NCBI RefSeq assembly: GCF_006345805.1
Contig: NC_042997.1
Span: 43,648,001-43,712,000 of the forward strand
DNA: 64,000 bases
Direction of reading: 5' to 3'
From: Octopus sinensis
Lineage: Eukaryota
The notes beneath the pieces are model-generated. The model was not told the DNA's origin. It saw nothing but the letters and a program-made list of their open reading frames with translations, and did not search any database. The position numbers and the translations under genes were made by a program. Position 1 is the stretch's first letter; each line of letters starts with the position of its first letter. Below, in pieces: positions 37,036 through 49,957 of this stretch.

Positions 37036-37649
37036 ACAAAACATTCGGACAGTTAGACGATGCAAAAAAGGACAGGAAAAAAAAAGGACGGGTCATTCGG
37101 AATTTTCAATCTTCAGTCGAGTACTAGATCGTCTTTGCAGTTTCCGCCGGTTACTCTCGAGACTGCTCTAATCTGGCCGGCCCCAAGAAAATCTAACCTA
37201 TGAGCACTAGATTCTTTGGAAGAAAGCAAGCGAATATATAGGAAAACAAGGACGAAAAAAAACGGAGAAATAGTACACAATTACAAATGCAAATAAGAGG
37301 ACATTAACAACAGGTGTCTTTCGACCAAGGACGAATTGAATTAAGCTGGCGTGTGTGGAAGTGAAGCCTTACAACAGGATAGGTAGACAGCCTATCTACC
37401 TACCTATATTTCTATCTGTCCATCTCCATTATCATGGAACCTCACCCCTCCCCCCAAAAAACAATGTGCTCTTCTAAACAAAACCTCCAAAAAAACATTT
37501 TATATAAATGAACAAGTTGTTTGTACATTCACAAAATTATATTTGACAAGTTCCAGAAAGGGACGAAAGCGCTATTAATAATGAAGAAATAAAAATATTT
37601 TTCTTCCAAAATTCTGACGACTTTTTTCTCAATATGTGTGTGTGTGTGA

Positions 37650-37717
<68 letters not shown>

Positions 37718-38303
37718 ATTTTGTAGATGCATATAACCCAAGTGAAGTCGATTTGTGCTTTAGTGTCGAGTTGCAACTTGCCCCTGGGGATGTAGCCATC
37801 CTCTTTGTAACATACATACCTCAGCCGAAAGCAGCCTGCTCCCTTTGAGTAGGTCATGCATGCAGGAGAGGCTGTCGTGCGTTAGAATCGTAATGTTGTC
37901 CACTTATCTTACCAGAATATGCCCTGGGTGAAGCAAAAACTTTTCAGATTGAACGAGTTGCGTCTTCTCTTCTCCTATCTAGCGTACATTGTTTAAATCT
38001 CGCTGCCATCTCGTAGTGTGCCGACAACAAAAGTTTTCGACACTGCCACGTTACTTTCACTATCACTTTGATGTTTTCTCACACCAACTTAATGAGTCCA
38101 GTGAGTTGCGCTTGTTGCATTCTCAGTCCTCTTATCGATTATTCTTTTCCCGTATAAATACATGGCATTGTACCAATGTAAAAAGGAAATATTATAATCA
38201 ACCGACTTTAACTCGTAATTACTACAAAGGAAACTTATCCTGTCCCGCAGCGAAATAAACCATTAGTTTTGTAGTTATTCATTTGTTATTTACATAGTTA
38301 TTG

Positions 38304-38497
38304 GGAGGCGCAATGGCCCAGTGGTTAAGGCAGCAGACTCGCGGTCGTAGGATCGCGGTTTCGATTCCCAGACCGGGCGTTGCGAGTGTTTATTGAGCGA
38401 AAACACCTAAAGCTCCACGAGGCTCCGGCATGGATGATGGTGATCCCTGCTGTACTCTTTCACCACAACTTTTTCTCACTTTTACTTCCTGTTTCTG
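38304..38497 (+). mobile_element. SINE group R 5' half fused to another SINE tail (to ~38660)
   Basis: Head identical to group R, breaks at CCTGTTTCTGT. Confidence 0.8.
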
Positions 38498-38860
38498 TAA
38501 CGTAGCGATTCGGTAAAAGATTCCGATGGAATAAGTACTACACTTTAAAAAAATTATATTACTGCGGTCGATTTTTGTTCGACTAAAACCCTTCAAAGTG
38601 GTGCCCAGCTTGGCTGCAGCACAAAGGCTGGAACAAGCGAAAGATAAAATATAAAGATCTTAGATAAAACACCACGAGAGTTTGAAATAAACTTCTCGAA
38701 TTTTTTCTCATGAAATCGTTGTAGTTATATTTATATTATGAAGAATATATAAATCGATATATATAATATTGTTCTATGCATGTGTGGGTTTAGAAGCAGC
38801 AGCTGCGGTTTCGCACACACAATGTTTTGTACGTATCTGAAACGCACACCACAAGGTACA

Positions 38861-39259
38861 TCTATATATATAAAACTGTAGTTGTGTGAGTGTCTGTCCC
38901 CTTCGATTTAGATTCCTAACTACTCCCACATTTTGCGGTGCAGTTTAACCAAAACCGGGTATCGTATAGTCGTGATTCATATCAAGCCCTTCTGAGCATT
39001 AGCGCGCGTCTACGATGAGTCTACGATTTTTAAAATAATTTACCATCATTTTTTCCATTTTAAGGCATATTTTTTTTAATATAAGGGAAGTAACTCTCTA
39101 AAAATGTCTACGATGAGTCATCGATTTTAAAAAAAATTTACCATAATTTTATTTTCCATTTTTAATGCATTTTTTGCTATTTTTTTACTATAACTCTCTA
39201 AAAATGCTTTATAGTTATTTCCCTTACAAACCCGAGCAACGCCGGGCGATACTGCTAGT
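38861..39259 (-). mobile_element. HINE family H1
   Basis: Near-identical to 6002-6397. Confidence 0.8.
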
Positions 39260-39336
39260 TTAAGATATAATAACAGAGCAAAAGATAACTATAAGTATTA
39301 GATCAAAAGTTACAGATTGTTATCTCCAAATCATTA

Positions 39337-39553
39337 CGAGGGGGTGATGAAAAGTTCCTGGCTTTAGGTAAAAGAAAATCCTGGAGAAGCAGTGAATTAT
39401 GATTCTATTGAACATATTCCCCTCTCATATTCACACTGCTATTGGAGAGGTCCTTCAGTTTTTCTAAGCCCTGCAAAAGAATTCGGAAGTTTGAGTCTCC
39501 AGTCAGGCCTTTCGCGACATCCTTAAAGCCAGGGACTTTGAAGCACTCCCTCG
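39337..39553. mobile_element. Mariner-derived MITE, 217 bp (partial second copy 49485-49650)
   Basis: TA-CGAGGGGGTGATGAAAAGTTCCTGGCTTTA ... TAAAGCCAGGGACTTTGAAGCACTCCCTCG-TA. Confidence 0.85.
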
Positions 39554-39674
39554 TATATCGTTAGCGTGGACCTCAAAAGCTAAGTACAAAGTAAACAGAA
39601 ACCATAAGGAAAACAATCTGGTTTTATATAAGCCTTGGGAATAGATTTGGTAGCCGGAAACAGAAAGAAGACTG

Positions 39675-39766
<92 letters not shown>

Positions 39767-42395
39767 TTTCTTTCAGTTTCCGGCTACCAAATCCATTCAC
39801 AAGGCTTTCGTCGGTCCGAGCTATAGTAGAAAACACTTACTTGCCCAGTGCCATGCAGTAGGGCTGAATCCGAAACCATGTAGTTAGGAAGCAAACTTCT
39901 TAGCCACACAGCCATGCCTGATTCAAAAATAAATGTTAACATTTTCAAGGTTCAACCCCCGCCTTATAAACCTTAAATCCCTAATGCTAGATAACGAGTA
40001 AATGTTCTTTTGTTTTGGGTTTTTTTTAACAATTTTCAAAAGTGCCTTCGGAGTTTCCGTTATTTCAAAAGTTTACTGAAGAGGACAATATTGTTGTGAC
40101 AACTAAAATGGCTCTTAGTAAGAGAGGTGTCAATTTTACATCCAGCGTGAAACATAAATATATATTGGCCAATGCAAATGTTAATTTCTGCAGTGGAAAC
40201 GACTAAAATGCATTTGTCACTCTGACCTTCTTCTGTCATATTTATGTCATAACTGTCAGTTGATATTGAGAAAATATAAAAATGAGACCAAACTGAACTT
40301 CATTTTTTTCTTTAGGTAAAGCATTTTCACATCAAGTTCACTTGCATTTATCGTCTTGGCTTCTGTGTTTTATATTTTTTCACACCTGTCTTACCTCACT
40401 TTTCTTGTTAGTTTCTTTGCTTACTACCTCTTCCACCCCCTCACTTTTTATTCTTCATATTTTTACTCTCTAATGTTTCTTTTTGTCATCTGTTTTCTTA
40501 AGATACTTTCGTTCTTTCATTCTTTCTTTTCAAACCTCTTTCTCCCGCTTTCTTCCACCCGTTCTTTTATTTCCATTGTTTAATGCAAGTCCTCCGTCGG
40601 CCAATGTTCATCACGCATCTGCACATGTAGGCCAAAGCAAGATTTTTCGTAGAAGACTAGCAATTACCCATGCATGCGAGTATCTCTTTTCTACGCCTCC
40701 GATGTTTATCCAGGAGAAAAACCGCCGGCTTGATCCCATACAATCTTAACATCAATGTTGTCGCAGGCGTTGCTATCAGAGCCGAAGTGGATATCGCATG
40801 ACATCTCACCCGATTCTCTAACAGTTCCGCTAATCCACCGCCCTCGGTCAGTATTTTTATCGATCCCGAAAGGGTGAAAAGCAAAGTTGACCTCCACGAG
40901 ATTTAGAGTGACAGCGTAGAGACTGGGAGCAAAATCTCTAGCGACTCTGCCACCTTATTTTATGTAATATGTTTTTTATTTGTCGCATTTTCCTCCAATG
41001 TCCTGCTTGTTTTGTCAATTTCCATCACTTACCAAAAGTGAATTAAGTGGTGTTAATAACATTCGGTGAAGTTTTGTTGCATGAAAAAATATATGTGCAA
41101 ATGGTGAGCTACATCTGATCTAGTCGGTTACATGTTGTACAGGAATTATACTTCATATGTTTTGCATCGGTGAGGCGTTGTGTCTATGACTAAGACACTT
41201 GGATCCTTTTTATTTGGCGCATCGATGCAGGCATGTCGAAAATGGCCGCATACACGATTGGCTGATTGGCTGAAATTCCCCAAAATTTCGGTCATTAAGG
41301 GCTAATAGCTTCTTTATTTTTTTATTTCTCATTCCACAAAAAAAAATGTTATAATAGTTGCAATTAGCATGAAAAACTACAACTATATAAATTTTTCTTT
41401 TAAATCGGAAAAATCCTCTAAACTTATACTAGCAAAGTTTAATTTAGTAACATATAGCATCAGTTATACAATACTTGTATAGGAAAAATTGATCATATGA
41501 TATACAGAGCCGAAACAAAATACGGTTATGTTAGATGTTGCAGTTTCATTAATACATCTGGTTAGTTTGTCTAAAATATTAGACAATACTTGATAAAGTA
41601 TTGGACTGCCTACCGGTTTCAGCCAGATTATCGTTCTGATGCCCGAAAGCCAAGGAGATGCCTGTGCTCGTATCTAATGAAGCGCTCCTTGGCGCAAAAA
41701 CGAGACCCCGCCATACTCACACACACAAAACCTCACTGTTCCCTTAGATTTTGAGAGTAAGTTGCCCCGGGGCTCGAAAGCAGTTTTATTCCACCTTACA
41801 AAATTCCTGACGGAATCCATTGGCATCTATTTAAATCTACTTAATGTCATATTGTAATATTAAGTTTCAGTTGATATTATACTGTCTGATGTAGCCTAGA
41901 TAAGAGGAATAGTTGCTATAGGAAAGTTATTTGCGATAGACAAGCTTCCTGTTGAAGAATGAGAGATATATCTTTCATCTGCTTAACGCTGCAGGAATTT
42001 GAACTAAGTATGAATACTTGAAATCAGTGAACGGGCTAACTGAGCTGTAACCTTTTTATTGAAGGCACATGCAGTTTAGCTTCAGGTCAGGCGTATAACC
42101 GAAAGCATTTGCGCAGGGCAACAGTATTCTGGATGCATATGTCTCTTTCCAAACTGTGAGTTAAAGATTTTGGCTGTTGCTTTCAGCGAGTTGAGTGATT
42201 ACGTATAGTTAAGGGTGTGACTAGGCTTCATGACATTTAGGGCAAATCAATATATTTCTTACCATTAAACCAGCGTACTTTATAATTCTAGTCAATCCAT
42301 ATTATGGTATACAAATTTGTTTCTCGGAATAATCTGTCATACACTTTTGAGAAGTTTTATAACAAACGAGGAGCAATTGTATATGCAATGCATGC

Positions 42396-42470
<75 letters not shown>

Positions 42471-42919
42471 GAAGTTTTATGACATGAAAAACAATTATAT
42501 ATACATGTATAAAACATTAAAAATATACATTAAAACAATTATTAATACGTTTACAAAGTTTTATAATACAAATTTGTTTAAACATTAATTGAAATGAAAT
42601 CACTCTAATTATATAGAAATTTTAAAAACAAAACATATTTGCATCTATTTTTGTATGTTTTCATGAATAATTTTGGGCTTCGCTTCAAAATTGTACATCT
42701 CTTATTTTTTCGATCTAAACATGAATATTAATCAAACTGTATGCTTTCAGTTTCCTATTCTTCAATGAAGAGATTGTTTTAAGCCATTTCTCTTTCTCGG
42801 TTCGTTGTAGTTCTCAAATATAAGAATAAACTCAATCAGCTGAAAGACAGCTAACAGGGGACAACTCTATGTAATAGCGAGACTTGTATGATTAGCTACT
42901 CTTAAACTTGGAAAAAAAA

Positions 42920-43525
42920 CCCCATTCGTCTCTTGATTCGACGGTCATTCGGAATGCTCACAGTAGCCATATTCCTACTGCTCTATGTCACGCTGGTGAG
43001 ACCCATATTGGAGTACGGGATTCAAGCCTCTTCTCCTTATCTCCTCAAAGACATACAGCATCTCGAAAGAGTCCAGAAGCTGGCTACCCGCATGCTTCTT
43101 GGTCTCAAGAATTTGTCTTATGAAGAAAGGCTGAAGACGCTTGACCTTTATTCTCTAGAAAAACGACGACGCCGTGGTGATCTCATTCTCGCTTGCAACA
43201 TCATAAGCGGAAAGTGTAACCTCTCGAAAGAGCTGGTCTTCACTCCTGCTCCAGAGCGTCGGCTCCGGGGTCATTCCGAAAAGCTATATCTACGACGATT
43301 TCATCTCAATCGAAGGAGAGGGGCTTTCTCCGACCGGGTTGCGGATCCATGGAATAAGCTGCCAGACGAGATGGTGAAGATGCCGACGACCGCTTTGTTC
43401 AAAGCCTCCCTTGACCTCAAGTGGCCTGAACTCTTTACATGAACACCACCCTGTACATAACTCCATGTCCCCCTACATGGCCTTGCTTTTTGCTTTTTGA
43501 GCCAAAAAATTAACTAACTAACTAA
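42920..43525 (+). mobile_element. 5'-truncated CR1 LINE, open ORF2 C-terminus (42933-43442)
   Basis: LYVTLVRPILEYG...LERVQKLATRM...SYEERLKTLDLYSLEKRRRRGDLI...LRGHSEKL...WNKLP; (TAAC)n tail. Confidence 0.95.
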
Positions 43526-44131
43526 AGATGAAGAGTTCATCATTGTTAGGAATCTGAGCGCTTTAGGCGATTGCGCTGACGCATTTTCCAATTTTACTAT
43601 TTTAAAACTACTTCGAACACAGTGTCGCCAGTTCTGTTGGCTGAGAATCATATAAAAATATATTTGTGATTGGAACTTTAGGATATTTTTATTCCGTTAA
43701 AAATAAATAAGGAATGTACTCAATGTAAACCTTCATCTGAAATGTAATTATCGCTACGAAGTAAGTGAACAAGAAATAGATTATCTCTCCTCACAATTAA
43801 ATGCGATTGAATGAATCCTCATCGTCCATTCGTCGCGAGTTTGCTAATCGATTTATAGGTGCATATAATAGAATATAGAGATATCTTTTATCTTTTACTG
43901 TTTCAGTCACTGAACTACGGCCATGCTGGGGCCCCACCTTGACAGGTTCAGCCGAACAAATCAACCCCAGTCTTTACTATTTAAAGCTTGGTACATATTC
44001 TATCGATGTATTTTGCCGAACCGCTAAGTTACGGGGACGTAAACAATCCCACAGTTGTCAAGTAGTGGTAGTGGTGGTGGTGGGGGGCAAACATACACAC
44101 ATACATGCATGCATATAAACATACATATGTA

Positions 44132-44159
<28 letters not shown>

Positions 44160-44167
<8 letters not shown>

Positions 44168-44470
44168 CAAAATATGAGTTAGAGGTTATTCAACCATCTA
44201 AGGGGTAAATGTATCCGTAGACACTACTGGTGTATAGCCCTAGCTATAAGGTATATAGTAGTTGGTAATTTAGAGATAAAACCGTGGTTTAATATACATA
44301 GAAAAGAAAAGAAATGGAGCAATAATTAACGAAGAGAAGTTGATCATTGGTATTAAAAAGTCATAGTTTAATTGTAGTTCAGAACCATTTACAGCTGTTT
44401 CTATTTATCAAATCGAGGTAAATTTTGCATTTATTACGTTCAATTTAACAAACATCGTCAGAATGATTTA
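44160..44470 (-). mobile_element. Penelope-like pseudo-LTR fragment
   Basis: Begins with the hammerhead and runs into (TA)n. Confidence 0.6.
44385..44466 (-). ncRNA. Type I hammerhead ribozyme with complete core and 15-bp stem II
   Basis: TCATT-CTGACGA-TGTTTGTTAAATTGA[loop]TCGATTTGATAAATA-GAAA-CAGCTG-TA-AATGG; predicted cleavage 44390/44389. Confidence 0.85.
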
Positions 44471-44920
44471 GGGGAATGTGAATAAGAAAAAAGGGAAAAG
44501 AAAGGAAAAGGAAAAAGCAAAAAGAAAAGGAAAAAAATGTCGTTAAGTCTTTAGGCTTACATTTTAGTGACTTTTGGATTCCACATGTACTTTCTGTCAA
44601 CCAACTCCACTCACAAGGCTTCTGTCGGCCTAGGACTATAGCAGAAAACACTTGCCCAAGATGTCACGCGGTGTAACTGAACCCGCAACATTGTGTGGTT
44701 GGAGAACAAACTTCTTAACCACTCAGCCATTCATTTCTGAAATATGTTATCTTAAAATGAATCTAAAAATGTAAACCATAAAATGGCGCCCTCTCCCAAA
44801 TGTGGCGCTTACATTACGAGCTAACAACCCTTCCTTACTTCTGCTGTGGGGTAGAAACCCCCATCCATTCCCTTCATGATCATTTCATTGAGAGCATAAC
44901 GTGATGTAAAAGTAGCAACA

Positions 44921-44924
<4 letters not shown>

Positions 44925-44951
<27 letters not shown>

Positions 44952-45351
44952 CTTCTTCTTCTTCTTCTCCTTCTTCTTCTTCTCCTTCTTCTTATCCTTC
45001 TTCTTCTTCTCCTTCTTCTTCTTCTCCTTCTTCTTCTCTTCTTCTTCTTCTTCTCTTCTTCTCCTTCTTCTCCTTTTCTTCTTCTTCTTCTTCTCTTCTT
45101 AGTCTTCTTCTCCGTCTTCTTCTTCTTCTTCTTCTTCCGTCTCTCTTCTTCTTCTTCTTCTCCTCCTTCTTCTTCTTCTCCTTCTTCTTCTCCTTCTTCT
45201 TTTCTCCTTCTTCTTCTTCTCCTTCTTCTTCTTGCTTCTTCTTCTTCTTCTTCTCCTTCTTCTCTTCTTCTTCTCTTCTTCTTCTTCTTCTTCTTTTCTT
45301 CTTTCTCCGTCTTCTTTCTTCTTCTTCTTCTTCTTCTTCTTCTCTTCTTCT

Positions 45352-45380
<29 letters not shown>
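44925..45380. repeat. Degenerate (CTT)n array ending in (CAT)n
   Basis: Directly visible; source of the poly-R/E/K ORFs. Confidence 0.95.
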
Positions 45381-45382
<2 letters not shown>

Positions 45383-45702
45383 ATGCCAGCGTTCGTAACA
45401 TTTCCATACCCTCTTACAGGATAATTATGTTACAGATAATTCGCATCAATCGTTGAGTTTAAAACTTAAGAAAGGCAGAAGAGGCTAGAAACAGCAAACA
45501 TTTGTGGGAAGAAAGTTTCTAGAAGGGTTAAGTTTTGAGAAAGAAGGAAGAGGGGGAAATACTCAGAACGCAGTCTAAAAGCAAACGTAACGAATGAATA
45601 GAAAGAAGAAGGCCGTTGAGATGTGAAGGCGGTTATTCATTATCTGAAAAATCAGAAGAAAAGAAACCATTGTGACGGATGAAAAGAGGCCACTATAATT
45701 GG

Positions 45703-46084
45703 GGAAGCACTCCGTCGGTTACGACGACGAGGGTTCCGGTTGATCCGAATCAACGGAACAGCCTGCTCGTGAAATTAACGTGTAAGTGACTGAGCACTCC
45801 ACAGACACGTGTACCCTTAACGTAGTTCTCGGGGATATTCAGCGTGACACAGAGAGTGACAAGGCCGGCCCTTTGAAATACAAGTACAACAGAAACAGGA
45901 ATTAAGAGTGAGAGAAAGTTGTGGTGAAAGAGTACAGCAGGGATCACCACCATTCCCTGCCGGAGCCTCGGGGAGCTTTAGGTGTTTTTGCTCAATAAAC
46001 ACTCACAACGCCCGGTCTGGGAATCGAAACCGCGATCCTACGACCGCGAGTCCGCTACCCTAATCACTGGGCCATTGCGCCTCC
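45703..46084 (-). mobile_element. SINE group R
   Basis: Full length; 13-bp TSD AGGCCACTATAAT. Confidence 0.93.
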
Positions 46085-46428
46085 AGGCCACTATAATAGC
46101 GATAGATAAAGGCAGACAGGAGATAGCATGTATGTGGGTCAGAGACTAGAACATGTCTGTGAGTGATTTCGGCGAGGGGGGGGGTATGTGTCTATGATGT
46201 AAGTATTGCCAAGAAGAGCAGAAGCATCGGCGCTTTACGAACGAAGTCCCTTAAAATATTTGTTTAGCATCAAGTTACACACACACTCTTTTGTTACTTT
46301 CGCATTCAGAATGCCGTGAACCACTGGGTGGCCCCTTAGAAACCCTTATAGCCAGAGACACTATTGTTCACAATTTTTGATGTAAAATATTTCTGAAATC
46401 TGAAAATATTTCAGCTTCATTCTTTCTG

Positions 46429-48033
46429 TTTATTTCCTCTGCCAAGGAAGGAGGTTATCTTTTCATTGGCGTTGGTTTGTCCCTCTGTCTGTCTGTGTGC
46501 AAAATAACTCAAAATGTTGTGAACGGTATTTAATGAAACTTGCAGAAAAAGTTGGTAATGACACAAGGAACAGATGGTGGAATTATGGTAGTGATCCGGG
46601 AATTTTTATGGATTCTTGAAGGATTTTTCATTTGTTACATTTACTTTACATGAAGCATTACAATGTTACGTTTTTTGATTATCTCCCTTGAAAACATTTC
46701 ATTGTTTGCACGTAACCTATGGTGGCGTTGATGTTTCCAAAGTTTATTTTCGATTCTCTATTAGTAATTTTACTCGAGTATCTATCTTAAAATGAGCTGC
46801 TTGACGGAGGTCTGCAGAGGATGACATGACAAGCCTTGACTATTGGTATCGACTCAAAAAGCTCAGGCTTTGCTCCCTCCACTGCCGCTGTGAGCTCTAT
46901 ATCATCTGTATGATGTGGAAATATTCCATCAACATTGCCCATCTTAAAAATTCGTCTGAGGCTTGGCCCCCGTGCCATCCGTCCACTACAGAAATGGTCG
47001 TGTCGTATCACAACACTTTGACAGAACTATTTCACCTCAACTGGCCCTGCTCTCTGCAACATTGTGCCAGACACACATAAAGGAAGAAAGTGACTTCATG
47101 GCATTCAAACGATCCCTAGATGATTACCCACAACAAATACCAGATAAAGCACCCACACCCAGATATGTCTCTGAAAACAATAACCCTCTGCCTGATTGGG
47201 CTACGGTTCCCCAGAGCTGACTGTGTATCTCTTCCAAGTGGTGCTATTAAATTAGACATGGCCTGAGTCAACTTCGACCGAAACTTATCTAAGTAATCTA
47301 ATCTATGCTGTAACATTTTAATCAAAGCATAACAACATGGGTAGAGGCTGATATCTTAACATTTCTGATGGTCTTAAGTATAAAAAAAATTATTAAAGAT
47401 TTATATAGAACTGCATTCAAAGAATGTCTATAAGCTATTGTGTTTAGACTTGGTTTTTCTATCCTCAAACTGTTCCGTTTGGTAGATGCAATTTTGTTTT
47501 TAATAAAGCTCTCCGAAATTAGAAAAATCAAAAATCTGCAACAATCTCGGTCCCATGAGTATCGGATAATGGATTTTCAACTGTGTAAAGAAACTGATTG
47601 TGGTGATCGTAGTTTTGACGGTGATTGGTGGTGAAAGCAGAGACAGTGTTGATGATGACGATGGTCGAGATAAGGATGGGAGGATAAAATAGTATCGATG
47701 GTTATAATGGCGACAGGGGCAGTATGTTGTGCGATGCTGATGTGATGGTGGTAATAGTGGTGTTGATGATAGTGTTAGTGGTGTGATGGTGGTATTGTAG
47801 TGGTTATACTGGTTGTGATGGTGAAAGGGATTGTCAAGGTAACCGTCATGATAACGTTGATGGCGGTGTATGTGGTTGAAGTGGATGCAATGACAATGCT
47901 GCTGATGATGTTGGTGGTTGTAGTAGTGGTGGTGATTGTGATATGGTGGTGTGGTGGTGGTGGTCGTCGTCGTCGTAGTGCTGTTCCTTCTGGTTTGGCG
48001 AAGGTCTGCGCTCTCCGAGTGCTTTTCTAGTTT
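46429..48033 (+). mobile_element. HINE/DINE-1-like family H2: left part 46429-46815, right terminus 47995-48033
   Basis: Left TTATTTCCTCTGCCAAGGAAGGAGGTTAT...(TCTG)n; right TTGGCGAAGGTCTGCGCTCTCCGAGTGCTTTTCTAGTT (subTIR plus hairpin). Confidence 0.6.
46816..47305 (+). mobile_element. Crack/CR1-group LINE 3' fragment
   Basis: LDYWYRLKKLRLCSLHCRCELYII; HIKEESDFMAFKRSLDDYPQQIPDKAPTPRYVSENNNPLPDWATVP; (CTAAT)n-like tail. Confidence 0.8.
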
Positions 48034-48628
48034 ATTTGGAGTTGAAATTCACCTGAGCTCCAAAGCAATTTCTGATAATCTCAGTTTAAAAAAAAAATGC
48101 CTTGATTAGACAAATGAAGGTGTACTTTGTGAAGTACACAGGATTTTAGTGGTGAGCCCAGGTTTTCTTCTGGTCTCCAAAGTAAAAAAGATACCTCTTT
48201 TTGACAAAGTTATTAATGTTGCGCCTTTGAGCCTGTGGAGTAATGTTCCCACAGATAAAACAGAAAATACTGAGATCATTACAGCACGTCCTTCTTTTTG
48301 ATGATGTATCCATAAGTAAATCACAGTGGTTCAGTTCACACCTGAAAAGAAGAGAAATGGTTTTAAAGCAAAACTTGGCTTGAACATATTATTCAAAATT
48401 AGAATGACAAACCTGCCAAAATTCTCGCAAATAAAGTTAACTTTTGGTATGCTCCAGGTAAATGAAGCTATGTGCCGATGGCACAAGAATGTGATGTGAT
48501 CGAGCAAATCTGAGGTCAGTTTCGGAACCAGCACGTAAATATTAGTCTGAAACACCTCTAAGATTTTATGCCAGAAAATAAAAGCTTTATTTTGTTGACC
48601 AGTGTTACTCATGTGCTCTTTATATTAC

Positions 48629-49291
48629 ACTAGCAGTATCGCCCGGCGTTGCTCGGGTTTGTAAGGGAAATAACTATATAAGCATTTTTAGAGAGTTATA
48701 GCAAAAAAATGCATTAAAAATGGAATAAAAAATGATGGTAATTTTTTTTTAAATCGTTGACTCATCGTAGACATTTTTAGAGAGTTACTTCCCTTATATA
48801 ATAGCGAAAAAATGCATTAAAATGGAAAAAATGATGGTAAATTTTTTTTTAATCGTAGACTCATGTAGACGCTTTCTTAGCCATTTCTGTTTTGGTGTCT
48901 TCAAGCCATGAAGTCGTTGTTCTAAAAGAACGCTGGTCTCCTTGACAACGGATTACGACGTTGATTTCCTTACACTCCCTTCCCCACAGCTTCACGAGGG
49001 GGGAAGAAGGGGGAGAAGCAACACAGGTGCAGCTGTGACCATGGACGCCAACTCCGCCGCCATCGACACACGAAAAAATATGCATTAAAATGGAATAAAA
49101 AATGATGTTAAATTATTTTTAAAATCGTAGACTCATCGTAGACGCGCGCTAATACCCAGACGGGCTCGATATGAATCACGACTATAAGATACCCGAATTT
49201 GGTTAAACTGCACCGCAAAATGTGGGAGGAGTTAGGAATCTAAATCGAAGGGGACAGACACTCACACAACTACAGTTTTATATATATAGAT
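48629..49291 (+). mobile_element. HINE family H1, long copy with extra subrepeats and a ~200-bp insert
   Basis: ACTAGCAGTATCGCCCGGCGTTGCTCGGG start; ...GGGACAGACACTCACACAACTACAGTTTTATATATATAGAT end. Confidence 0.8.
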
Positions 49292-49768
49292 TATAATCCA
49301 TCTCAAAGCGGTCAGAATGTTATGAGATCCCGCAACGGAAGGAGTTCAACATGACTAATAATAAGAGTTGCAACCAGAACAGGTAAATTTGTGGTGCACC
49401 TCCACCTTAAATATGTATAAATGTATGTCTGTAGGTGTGTGTGTATAAGTGTGTGTGTGTGTAAATAATTAAAAATATAAATTACGAAGGGGTGCTGAAA
49501 CGTTCCTTGTTTTAAGGGTGTTGCTAAAGGCCTGGTTGGCGACCCAACCTTCCGAGTTCTTTAACAGGGCTTAGAAAAAATGAGGGACCGCTGCAAATAA
49601 GTTTGTGGATCTGAGAAGGGAATTTATTGATTAAACTCATAATTAAGAGAAGAGAGGTAGAGGCAGAGAGACAGAAGAATTAGGGAGGTACGAGAAAGAG
49701 GAGGGAAGGTGAGAATGAAGAGAAATGTATTTTCATTTACCCAAAGCCAAAAACTTTATAACACCCTC

Positions 49769-49819
<51 letters not shown>

Positions 49820-49885
49820 ATATATTTATATTCAGATACATGTATATGGTCCCTTTCCACTTTAAACATATATATTTTGCCAGCG

Positions 49886-49957
49886 GGCAGTTTAGCTTAA
49901 TGGTAAAGCACTTAACCGGCAATCACAGGGATGTAAGTTCGAGTCTTATGGCTGGCT
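49886..49957 (+). tRNA. tRNA-like sequence or pseudogene, nominal anticodon GGC (49918-49920), broken anticodon stem
   Basis: A box TAGCTTAATGG, D stem GCTT/AAGC, T arm GTAAG-TTCGAGT-CTTAT, acceptor stem 6/7 pairs, T6 run at 49966-49971. Confidence 0.6.

Larger units (their letters stand above)
35579..37712. repeat. Tandem duplication of a ~1.1-kb unit (starts 35581 and 36678)
   Basis: Unit = variant SINE + (TA)n + repeat fragment + unique ~260 bp + (TG)(TA)(TG); copies differ by a few substitutions and a ~36-bp deletion. Confidence 0.92.
43880..44730 (-). mobile_element. Diverged CORE-type SINE group C, split by a PLE end inserted in its internal microsatellite
   Basis: Tail half 43880-44110 and head half 44590-44730. 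Confidence 0.7.

Noticed and set aside
40706-40897. Protein-looking ORF ...SCDIHFGSDSNACDNIDVKIVWDQAGG
   Set aside because: Overlaps a degenerate SINE group A head; stops follow immediately
41594-41630. Minus-strand GAAA-CCGG-TA hammerhead 3' half
   Set aside because: CTGANGA strand and matching stem I absent; at most a truncated relic
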